Below, piece by piece: positions 24,501-35,619 of a stretch of DNA of 49,376 nt. Location: NCBI GenBank assembly GCA_032718475.1, contig JAUCBJ010002599.1, positions 1 through 49,376 of the forward strand, in the 5' to 3' direction. Position 1 is the stretch's first letter, and the number at the start of each line of letters is the position of its first letter. Below the pieces are notes generated by a model. The model searched no databases and had not been told where the DNA came from. It saw nothing but the letters and a program-made list of their open reading frames with translations. The stretch is from Nemertoderma westbladi. Taxonomy: Eukaryota > Animalia > Xenacoelomorpha. The translations under genes were made by a program, and so were the position numbers.

Positions 24501-27479
24501 TGTAGGCCTTACTGCACATACCATAGGCCATACTGAGAGAGGCAATGTAGGGGATAGGATGGCGCGGACAATGGGATTAAACCCGGAAGTAGCGGAATAC
24601 ATACCGACGAGTAGGCCAGAAGTTGATAGGCCTATACCGGTACCAGTACAGCAGTATGACTACAGCATGCAGGGACATAACATATACCCAGGGGAGGGGG
24701 GAATTATTGCGGATAGGTGTATGGGCCCCAATATATTAACATCAACCCCAATACCAAACATACCGGTGGGGGGGGGGGGGCAGGGTGACATTCCCCCATC
24801 ACAATATCAACAATATACCCCGATAGGAGCAAGAACAACGAGACCCTTGGATGAAAATAGGTCGTGTGACACAGAAATATGGAGGGGGCCGCTACCCCCG
24901 ATGACATACCCAAGTCAAAGAAAGTCAAGAAATAGGACGGACGGACCGCACCAGACAGGAGAAACCATACAGCATCCATCGAATCCATTGGAAGCGCAGG
25001 CGATGGGGATGGCCACGTTGATCGATGCGTTAAAAACGAGGATCGAGTTACCACCCGTGGAACCATTCAAATTCGATGGGAGTAGGCCGGAAGAATATCT
25101 ACAGTTTCGGCGCATGTATAGTAACGAAATACTAACAAAAAACTTGACACAGGCGGAGTGCCTAAAGTATCTGCAAGTATACACAGGAGGCCCAGCATAC
25201 GATATCGTGAGGCAATATCAAGGAATAGAGGGCGGGTCACGACAGCATGGCGGGCACTGGATAGGGAATACGGGCACCCGACCAAGATCATCAGGCAGAC
25301 GCTGAGATGCATAACATCGGGTGGCCTACAGGATAATCCCGTTAGCATTAAGACGTTCGCTAACAAAGTCGAAAAGGCGCTAATCGTGCTGAAGACGCTA
25401 GACGCGCCATACGAGCTCAATGCGTCCAATAACATCACCACGATAGCGCAGGCACTACCGAACTGGCTGGGCAATAAGTGGAGGAAGATTGCTTTCTCCA
25501 CTCGAGACAAGAAGGGTGCGGAACCGGGTTTGGAAGAAATGTCAAGCTTCTTAAACTATGAGGCTGAACTAATAACTGACCCAGTCTATAGCGAAGATAG
25601 CCTGGGAAAGGGACCGAAGACGGATTACCATAGACCGAAACCAGAGCGCAATACATCAAACGCATTACCGAGGCTCAGGCAATCATTGCCATATGCAGCG
25701 ACGCAGGGGACTACAAGTCCACAGCTAGCCGAAGATAAGACAACACCATGGAACGGACAGGGGAACAATAACAACACGAATAAACATAACCCCAGTACGT
25801 CCAGTAGGCAGAATCCAAACAATAAGAATATTAGGGACTTTGGTACAAACGCAACTGCGATACGCAATGCACTGTATAAAGAGGGCTACGACCCAAAGAG
25901 CAAATGCCAGCTACACGCAAATGCGCTTCATCAAACCATGAACTGCAGGTACTGGCAGGCGCTGCCTAGGCAAGATCAGATAGATTATACGTCGAGCAAT
26001 AAAATCTGCTCGCGATATGTGATGAGTGGGCATAGAGCAAGGGAATGCAAGGAGAAGCTGATCAAATTTGGTCAGAGGAGAGGCCAAACGATGGCGACGA
26101 GCACAGTAGGGGCGAAGAAGAGAGGAACGGTGTTACTTGGAGTAGTACCCGTGCGAGTGATCGGGGAAGGCAATCGATCAGTAACAACACTAATGCTGGT
26201 TGATAGTGGAGCTGCCTTCACATTAGTCGAGGAATGGGTGGACGAAGAGATAGGATTGAGAACGAGGCCAAGCAGAATGGCGGTAACAACCATCTCTAGC
26301 AAAGATGAGATTCTGGAGATGAGAACAGGACGGTGCGCAATTGCAGCAGTGGCACCGGGATGCGACTATGGGGCAACCATCAACCCCATCCAAGTGATAG
26401 AGTCAATTAATATCAATGCCAGGCGGCCAACTAACATCGAGGTCGAGCAATATAAATTCCTGGACGACATTGACTTCTCAATCCCAGATGTGGACGTTAG
26501 GAAGGTATCCATCATAGTAGGAATGGATTGCCCAACGGCCCACGAAAGAATGCAAACGGTCTTCGGCGAAGACAAGCAGTGTGACCCGGTGGCGATATTA
26601 ACACCATTCGGGTGGACACTGACAGGCCCAATTAAGAGTAATATACCATTCCATGTGTCTGAGAGTTCAGGATGCATGGTGCCAGGAACTGTCGACGAGA
26701 TAGAGGAGAGGCCAGAGATGGGCAATAGTGGTAGACAGCTAGAAGTGGAAGCAACACCAAGAGAGTGGGCGGAGGAGAATGGCATGGATGCAGAAGATCT
26801 AGAGACGATGGGTTGGAACAAGAGTCCCAGCAAGCATCGGTATGGAGATGGAGAGGAGCGGACGGCAAAATGTCCGGGGGACAGGCCGGAGGAGTGTCCG
26901 GAAGATATGCCGGTCCGGTTGGGAGGCATGCCGACAAGGGGGAGGCCGAGCGGGAGGACAAGATGGAAAGGGAGAAGATTTGAGACGACCAGACCAGGGG
27001 CAGAGAAGCCCGTGGGTGGGCGTGTGATGGACAAAGGAGCCGGGAAAGTAGGAGGCGTGCTGCATACGCACGCGGGACTGACAGGGTGTGAGGGGGCATT
27101 ATATGGGCAGAGATTGTGTATACCGAAGGACGAACGGGGGTCGTCGAGGCCTTTAATGCCAGCACACATATTAAGGGGGAGGCCAGAAGAGGTGGCATCC
27201 AAGATTAAGGAGAAGAACAGGGGCGGCATTATACCGCCGGGCGACACGTTGAAGGGTGGCACTTTGCCGCCAAGGGACGACCACGAGATCAGAAACATAA
27301 ATAACAGACAGCATTTCCAAAGACAGGAGAAAAGGCCACCAGAATTGACAAGGAGAGTGGAGCGAAGAATTAGAGGACCTGTGGGGTGGCAGTGGGAGAG
27401 TTGCCTGCTGGAGGAATCACCCCTTGGGTCGCTGAGTTGTCCAATAGGTTGGACTGGGATGAAAGAGTTAGATCCGTAA
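21539..27479 (+). pseudogene. gag: BEL/Pao gag-protease polyprotein in three overlapping frames (shifts near 23860 and 25230)
   Basis: PEDSASSVG plus coiled coil; LPPVEPFKFDGSRPEEYLQF...LKYLQVYTGGPA and AWRALDREYGHP (DUF1759-type gag); degenerate Cys/His knuckles; aspartic protease LVDSGAAFTLV, IIVGMD, AILTPFGWTLTGP. Confidence 0.88.
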
Positions 27480-27637
27480 AAAGTGCGGGCAGAGGTGTTA
27501 CCTGTCTGTTAGAAGGAGCACCTCAGCGGAGTTAGAGAAGAGTTTAGTCGTCCAAGTTTTGGACTGAGGGGGGTGGGATTGAGGGCGAGACGCCCTTCCC
27601 ACACAAAAAAATAAAATAAAAAATAAATAAAATAATA

Positions 27638-28170
27638 GTACGTAGTAGGTACGCAGTTAGTAGGCAGAAGTTAGTCAGTAAGAAGGTACGTAGTACCTAG
27701 AGTTAGTTAGTTAAGAGGTACGTAGTACCTAGAGTTAGTTAGTCAGTTAGTTAGTCAGTAAGAGGGTACGTAGTACCGTCAGTTAGTTAGTTAGTTAGGA
27801 GGTACGTAGTACCTAGAGATAGTTAGAGAGTTAGAGGGTACGTAGTACCGTTAAGTAGAGAGTTAGAGGGTACGTAGTACCGTTAAATAGAGAGTTAGAG
27901 GGTACGTAGTACCGCTAGTTAGAGAAGAGTTAGAGGGTACATAGTACCGTTAGTTAGAGAAGAGTTAGAGGGTACATAGTACCGTTAGTTAGTTAGAGAG
28001 TTAGAGGGTACGTAGTACCGCTAGTTAGTTAGAGAGTTAGAGGGTACGTAGTACCGCTAGTTAGTTAGAGAGTTAGAGGGTACGTAGTACCGCTAGTTAG
28101 CTAGAGAGTTAGAGGGTACGTAGTACCGCTTAGAGAGTTAGAGGGTACGTAGTACCGTTAGTTAGAGAGA
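27638..28170. repeat. Tandem array of ~14 GGTAC-(G/A)TA-GTACC mini-palindromes separated by (AGTT)n/AGAG spacers, 28-48 bp period
   Basis: Directly visible between gag-protease and the exonuclease ORF. Confidence 0.93.
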
Positions 28171-28193
28171 GAGAGAGTAAGAGGTAAAAGGGG

Positions 28194-28200
28194 TATATAA
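28194..28200 (+). promoter_or_regulatory. Candidate internal TATA box upstream of the exonuclease ORF
   Basis: TATATAA immediately after the tandem array; function not shown. Confidence 0.3.
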
Positions 28201-28655
28201 GATATAGATATTAGTTAGCAGTTAGTAGCGAGAGGGGGGCATATGAGTACAGCTGGGTAAATCGTGTGGCCACACGACGCATACTGCTGTACTGCACAGG
28301 CCCACAGAGTAGGCCGGAATGTGGATTAGAGAATAGAACAATCCATAGGCAATAGTAAGTAGTAGGACAGTAGAATTAAAATTAAATTAAAAATAAATAG
28401 AATAGGGCTGAAAGTTACAAAGTAATGGCAACACTAGGAAAGTTATTCTAGAATATAATAAAAGTAACGGACAGAAATTGTAAATTAAGCTCATTTACTA
28501 GCTTCAGGATTAATTAGTAATAATTTAGGCTAAAAGGCGCAGTTAAGTAAGAAATAGGCCATTATCGGACAGTACAGAACATCCTAGATACATCACTCAT
28601 CTGTATTGCGCCTTGGTAAGGCACCACCTTGCAGGTGAGCGAGTGAGTGTTCGGA

Positions 28656-31202
28656 ATGGCGAACAAGTTGATCAGAAAGAGAAAGGCGGAGTCAGGAGGA
28701 AAGGAGATACTGGTGGATTTCACCGAGAGGCATCCGGAAGAGAAGACGAGAGGATACTACGAGAGGTTGGAAAGGGGTCACGCGGCACGAGCGCTGCAGG
28801 ATCACTTCCGGGAGATGCACAAACAGCGGCTGGTCGGGACCTATGGGACGCCGTCGCTGGACAACGCGATCTTCCAACACTCCCACTACGTGGTAAAAGG
28901 GGACGAGGCGAAGTTCGGGATTCCGAAGTACCCGAGGGAATCACCGAGGAAGGACTGGAAGAGATTCATAGAGTCCGTCAAAAGAGGAGGATATATGGTC
29001 CTAGACGACGAGGGAACCGTGGAAGACGAGGCGGGTTCGAGACGAGGAACGGCGGGGTCGGCCAGGACCATACTCCTACATTTGGCCGCGCCAAATGGGG
29101 ACATCTTCTTATTCGATCTAGGAATGTATGGGAAGAAGGACGGGCCGAAATTAAACCGGTTACCGAAAGCGGTACAAGTCTTGGTAAGAGAGAAGTCGAC
29201 GACGAAAGTGGGATCGGCGATTCGCGAGGATGCGGAGAGAATCATCGGTCCGGACACCACCAACCTCCTGGATATGCAGAAGGTCTTTATGGCTATGACG
29301 GCACCGGATGGGTTGGGGGTAGTCGAAAACACAGGCTAATGCGGGGCGGTGGCAATGGGCCAATTATTGGGGCTCGTGTGCCACAAACCGATGGATTGGG
29401 GGAAGTTCAGGGAAGAATACGGAGCAGAACTAGCGAACTCGCTAAAGTGGGGAGCGAGACCGGGAAAGCAGGAGGTATATCAATTCCGCAGGGGAGCGAT
29501 AAAGGTATATCAGAAGTGATATATCCTGCAGGAGGACTGGATGATGATAAGTTTGCTTAACTTATTCATGACCGTGGTTATCGAGAGGGAACCAGGGGCA
29601 TTTCTGTTATCGGGATCACCCCTAAGCTACAGGAGAGCCTTTAAAGTGGCCTTCGACGGTCTGGTAGACCACCCGGGGCTGAAGGGCGAGTCGGTGTACT
29701 ACAACAGCCGGCATCTGGTAGACGGGGAGACAGATACGCCGTATCAGAGATGGGAGCAGCTAGAAACGGATAGACGAGAAGCAAAGCGACTGGAAGAAGT
29801 CGCCAGACGGGAGAGGATAGAAGCAGAGGAGAGGGAAGAGGAGGCCAGGACACAGAGTTACGGCTTCGAGGAACAGGCAGGCTTAGACGAGCTTCATTGG
29901 ACTTCGTCAGGGAGTTCGGGGGAGTCTCTAGGGCGAGAACTGGGATGGACGGTGGGGTCACCGAAACAGTCGACGTCGGGGTTGCAAGCGATGCCCATAC
30001 CAGCGGGCGCCGAAGGCGACCAACCGCCAAGGAAGCTAAGGGAGTTAGAGGGATGGAGAGCTACTGGCGAGAGCCAAGGCGGGAAGGGACAAAGTGGATC
30101 CATCGGGATACCGGGGTTGGAGTCACTGCCAGAGGAGGAGGACGACGACGACGAGTTCGGAGAGATGCCGCCCATCGAGAGGATAGGCCACTCGGACACG
30201 GACTGGGTTGGCGGAAGGGTGGTGACGGCCAGTGGGGCGAGGGCCTTCTGGAACAGATCCGGCAAGCGGACCTGGGTGCACGAGGAGCCGGCGATGGATT
30301 TCGCGGGGAGCACTATCAGGTTGGGCGAACAACCAGGGACGGCACCACGGATAGTATTCGGGGAGACGATGCCCGAGAGGGGCGGAGAGATCGACGTAGA
30401 TAGAGACACCAACATGGAGAAATTCGCTTACCAGCGACTCCACAGACCGCGGAGATCGCTTGGGACGAAAGACGACGTGGGACGGGAGACATTGGTACTC
30501 GGCTGCGACTACTGTGGGAGACAGACCCACCAGGAAAGGAGCTGCTTGTACCGGTTCCAGAAGGGAACCTTTTGTCTCTACTGCCGAGAACCAAGTCACA
30601 GGATGGGGGCGTGTCCACGGTTGCATAACTGATGTCCAAAGTGCCACTTTCGGGGACACTACGGACGCCAGTGCGACTGGATGGACGACGAAGAGAAGTT
30701 CAGGAGATTCGAGGAGTGGGCCGACGTCGGGGCCATGACGCGTCAGCGCATGAAGGCCCAGGAGTTCAAGTGGGGTTTCTTCCTTATCAATCAGGAGGCT
30801 CACATGGAAATCATAAAGCGGAGGCTACCGTTTACCTATCAAGAGGTAGCAACGGCGGCGTCGTATGCCGGAGTAATGAACACACAAAGATATTTGGACA
30901 GGTGGACGCCACAGAACCGAGGGGAGTTTAGGGATTTCTTGGCGGAGCACGTACCGCAAGCAATGAAGATGATCCTATGGGACGCCACCAGAGGGAGACA
31001 ACAGGGCCACTCTGAGGGGCCACCGGCGAAGCGATATCGGGCACTAATAACACCAGCACCCAAGGAGCCAACAACCGGAATCAGCAGGGAGGTGGCGGCG
31101 AAAGTCCGAAAGCAGAAAGCGGATCCCAGAGGAACGGTGGTAACCAAGAAACGACCCAGGGAAGAGGACGCCAGGGGGAACTATCCCCAGAGGAACAGAT
31201 AG
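28656..31202 (+). pseudogene. DEDD 3'-5' exonuclease (WRN/EXD/Mut-7-like) plus coiled coil plus three CCHC zinc knuckles; 848 codons with three premature stops
   Basis: ExoI MVLDDEG, LLHLAAPNGDIFLFDL, LPKAVQVLVREKSTTKVGSAIRED (ExoII), LLDMQ, ExoIII-like SLKWG...QKxYILQED; CDYCGRQTHQERSC, CLYCREPSHRMGAC, CPKCHFRGHYGRQC. One reading frame; stops at 29337, 29517 and 30630 are sense codons in copy C. Confidence 0.8.
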
Positions 31203-31916
31203 GTTCCCAGGGCCGAGGGAGAGAAACTGGGACTTGGACGTGGTACGCCTGGAAGGCGCCGCATGGGACGTACGAACTATTAGGTACAAATTTAATTAAT
31301 GCAAATAATCATATAAGTGCAATTTGTATGTACGTACGTAGTAATTAGTAATCTACAAATACATACATTCGGAGTAAGTACCATAGTCATACAACCTTTC
31401 TCAATTAGCTACTGGGACTGGGGGGGAAACTGACTATGGCACTATGGACGAGACACGAGACAATTTCACACTTCTTGAGTGCGACGGCACAAGAGGGGGG
31501 GGGAGATTCGTCAGGAGGGATGAGGTAGTCAAAGTGGGGTTGAGGGACGGAGTAATAGTGCGAAGTGCGGAGAGAGTGCGGACGCAATTCTAGTGTGTGG
31601 GGGGGGGAGAATAAGAGGCTGAGTGAGGGACGAGGAGGCCAGAGTGTATGAGAGAGTTAGGGTGAGAGTGGAGAAGAGATAGGGCGAAAGTGTTGGGGAA
31701 ACAAAAGTTGCGTGAGAGGTGAGCGCGATCGGCCCGACATGGGACGCCAGGCATAAAGGGTAGTGTTATCATGCCCATAGGGAGCGGCCTGGAAAGCCGG
31801 CTCCGAGAGAAAAGAATTCCACCCCACACCCGATACTAGATCGGGATCCAGCGGGATTGTAGCGCACTTTTTTGGTTGATGCTATCTTCTTACCGGGAAG
31901 ATAACATGGGGGGGAG

Positions 31917-32445
31917 TGTTAGCTTATTCAATCCCGCTAACACCCCATAAAGTTAAGCCGATAAGCAATATTGGGAGCCACGAGATTGGGTAATCAACCA
32001 ACTCGTGCCACCCCAATAAGAATGGGAAGGAGAAGCACACAATGAGGGTCAGGGGCCAAACCCCTAACCCAGAGAGAACAGGTGGAGTGAACGGGAACAC
32101 TCCAAAGGGCGCCAACAAGGGTATCAACCAATCAGAGGGGGGAAAGGCATCGATTAGGTAGAGTAACAAGGCCAACCGTGCAATATAGCCAGTTGGCAGT
32201 AATCATTCCATTCAGTTATCTCAGTATCATATTGGTGCTAGTTAGGTTAGATAGTTTAGCTAGGGAAGGACCGGGACTTTAGTTACCGTATCCCGCCTTC
32301 CGTGTACGACAATCCATATCTATATCTATATCTTTATACCAGCTATTATATACAACGAACGACACGAACTCATTTACTTTCACACACGGCGGGGACGCGT
32401 GAACTAACACCGGATAAACCGGGATCCTTCCTGGATCCCGTCACA
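31917..32445 (+). repeat. 3' LTR of element B
   Basis: TGTTAG...GTCACA, preceded by the PPT, followed by the TSD. Confidence 0.95.
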
Positions 32446-32510
32446 GGGTACAATTTCAGTATAGAAGGAGCCAATGATCAAACAGTAAACTCGAACGGTC
32501 GGACACTTAA

Positions 32511-34086
32511 CCCTATTAGTACCGGGCTATAAAATGTTGTACAAATACCAGGGGGGGGTCATATTGACCCCCCCCCCCTCTAAAATCTACAAATTTTTAC
32601 GAAAACGTCTGATTTTTTTGTTTGTACGTAGGTATCACTAGTCTGGAACAGACCAAAAAAAAAAGTTTCTAAAAAATGTACTGCGGTGGTTATATTGCAG
32701 CACCAAAATTACAAGTAGTGCACAATTTTCACAAAATTTGAAAGTAACATTTTTCGGCAAATTGTTTTTCAATACAGGTTTTCTGGGGCGCAAAATACAT
32801 TGGAAAATATTTAAAAATGATATGATTACTATAAATGGCTGTTTAGTCCTCTCTGCGTAGGAAAAATATGAAAAAAACAAGTAACCAGCACTTTTCAGTT
32901 AGAACACAAAATTTTTAATTCACTTATGAGATGCTATAAATTTACATTTTCAGGTTTTCTGGGGCGCTGATTCTATTGGAATACATTTCTAATATGCCAG
33001 ATCATTGCTACTTGTATTTTTCGGCGTAATTTGGCAAATTTTGGGGCTAGCACCAAATTTCGTACCCATCACCAAAAAGTACAAGTTTGCGATGTTCAGA
33101 GTTGTTTTTATTGATTCCATCGGATTCAGGACCCTCATAAACCCGTATAACGCAAGAAACAAGATGATACTATCTACTGATCAATTTGCTTATTTTCCAA
33201 AATTTGGTGCTGGCACAACAATTTTCACCCACCGGCGAAAAATATAAGTTTGAAAATTCTTATGAAATTTTTACTGATTCCATTGAATTCAGAACCCTGA
33301 CAAACCCGTATAACGCAAGAAACAAGGTGACACAATCAATTGATATATTTGATGGTTTTCAAAATTTGGTGCTAGCACCACATTTTGCACTCACGAAAAA
33401 TAACTCACCGAAAAATACAAGTTTGAGATGTCTAGTTTGATAATTATATACTCCATTGTATTCAGAACAGCCATGCCATAAACCTCTAAAACGCAAGAAA
33501 TAAATTGTGACAAGCAATTTTATATATTGAATGGGTTTTCAAAATTTCGTGCTAGCACCAAAATTTGCACACAGCATCGAAAAATACAAGTTTATTACGT
33601 TTGGTGCAACTCTTATATATTTCATCGAAACCAGAACCCCAAAAAACCCCAATTGCGTACAAAACAAGTTTCTAACAATCAATTTACAAAATTAACATAT
33701 TTCAAAATTTGTTGCTGGCACCAAAATTTGGCACCCGCCGAAAAAAACAAGTATGAAATTTCTAAATCAATTTATATGAATTCCATCCAATTACTAACAC
33801 CAAAAAACCGGTGTAAATCAAAAATAGAGATGTTACAGTTCATATTTAATGAAATGTAATTTTCAAAAACGTCTCAAAAAAAGTGCCAAAAGTAGGGTTA
33901 AAAAATGGTGCTATAACTTGAAAACTACCCAATATTTTTGAAAACGGCTATCACTACTAGGAAGACAATAGGTTTTTAGGAAAAGTCATAAAATTTCAGA
34001 TTCCCAACTGCGTTTGTTTCAGAATTATACTAAAAAAAACCCGGGGGGGGGGTCATATTGACCCCTCCCCCCCGGGTTTAATAGGT
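32511..34086. mobile_element. Complete non-autonomous piggyBac-like element (1576 bp), copy 2
   Basis: TTAA at 32507-32510 and 34087-34090; termini CCCTATTA...TAATAGGT; removing it restores the LINE APE frame VNSNGRTL|KGICLARQHMVANNL. Confidence 0.92.
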
Positions 34087-34090
34087 TTAA

Positions 34091-35619
34091 AGGAATTTGT
34101 TTAGCCAGACAGCACATGGTCGCAAACAACCTTACAGTTGAATCATTGGGCGTTAAACTGTATGGAAATCTAACATTTAGGAAAGGTCGAACCTGGGTGT
34201 CAGATATAGATTTGTGTATTGTGCACAGAGAACTCTTTAACACGCTGGACGCGCTTGATATACACCAGGATCAAAAGGTATCAAATCACTCTCCATTGTC
34301 AATCTCTACAGGGATGTTAATGAGTGCTAGTTGGGATTCTCTATATGAAAGGGCTAAGAACCTAGGTGCACATATTCATGACCAACCTCCTCAGGGGGCA
34401 CAAACAAGCTCGGATGCACTATCTAAAGAATTAGCGGTCACTCTGTGGATCTGAGTTCATTTACACAGTGCTTGGAGTTAACCAACCCGCCAAATATTAG
34501 TAACCAAAACTGCTGTCTCCGTGAAATAGAAGGGGAATGTGACGACGCATTTAATTTAATAGATGGCGCTGCTAGGAAATGTATAATGAAATATTTAAAG
34601 TAATAAATATATTACGAGGATATCGTCTTGACGAGATGGGAACGGCTGCTTGAGATCGATGATCCAAAATTAATCTGGGGGGCAGTGGGATGGAAAGGCG
34701 AGATCCGACAGGACACAATCGACAAAGTGTCACAGCCGTCTGATGAAAATTTTAAGATCCATTTTGAACATCTTCTCAACCCACAGCCGACAGACACAAG
34801 CGATTTAGCCTTAAATGCAGCGAATGGTGATATATATGTACCTGTGTTAGATGACCCTTTCTCCCTTAAACCGAACAAATCGTATATAGGAATATCCCCT
34901 GCTGTATTCTTAGCACTTCCTGGGAAATGGTTAATATTTTTTCTATCTATTTTTTGTTGTGTATTTCGGGGAGCGTGGTGTCCGCTGGTTTGGGCCTTTA
35001 GTAAATTAGTAACAATATTCAAAACTGGAAATAAAATGTTCTGTAATAACTAGTTAGTGTGATGGAAACCATAGCAAAAGTCTACGATAATATGCTTATA
35101 AATTCGAGATTACTTAAGTGGTGCAATATCAGTAAATGCCAGGCGGGGGGGCAGAAAAACCGGGGATGTTTGGAACAAATCTTAGCGTTACGTTTATTGA
35201 TAGATTTAACAGTGTTTAAAAAAGTTAAACTGTTTGTGTTATTCGTAGATTTTAGTAAAGCATACGACCGCGTTCCGCGAGGTAAACTTTTAGAAGAATT
35301 GCAATTATTGGGGTGCGGTTCTATAATGTTACGAGCCCTTAAGGCGCTATACATAAATACAAAATCTGTTTTAAGAACGGCGTATATTATTACTTCAGTA
35401 GGAGTCCGCCAGGGGCGCCAACCAGCGTCACCCTTTTTTGCATATACCTCAATCGTTTAGTTACAATGATTTTCGGTGCTTACCGTACGGATGGATTCCT
35501 AGGTGTAGTACAGATATTGCTATTAATGGACGACACCGTTTTACTTGCCACTACTCGTGAGCAATGTATCGATAAATTAACAATAATGTTGGAGTACTGT
35601 AATCAATATGGTATGCAAG
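34091..35619 (+). pseudogene. pol: Host LINE ORF2: end of APE and RT domain with LMDD catalytic motif
   Basis: SDIDLCIV, SNHSPL, QAGGQKNRGCLEQI, FVDFSKAYDRVPR, GVRQG, LLLMDDTVLLAT. Confidence 0.88.

Larger units (their letters stand above)
20841..32445 (+). mobile_element. LTR element B: 11.6-kb BEL/Pao-type retrotransposon with gag-protease, no recognisable RT/RNase H/integrase core, and an extra exonuclease ORF
   Basis: 529-bp LTRs 20841-21369 and 31917-32445 (6 differences counted by eye); TSD GGGTA (20836-20840, 32446-32450); PPT GGGGGGGAG at 31908-31916. Confidence 0.95.

Noticed and set aside
27638-28170. CRISPR-like array
   Set aside because: Spacers are low-complexity variants of one another, the context is eukaryotic and there are no cas genes.
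28550-28655. Upstream extension of the exonuclease ORF (ITHLYCALxRHHL)
   Set aside because: No ATG after the in-frame TAA; its conservation can be explained by branch-point and acceptor signals. Not fully excluded.
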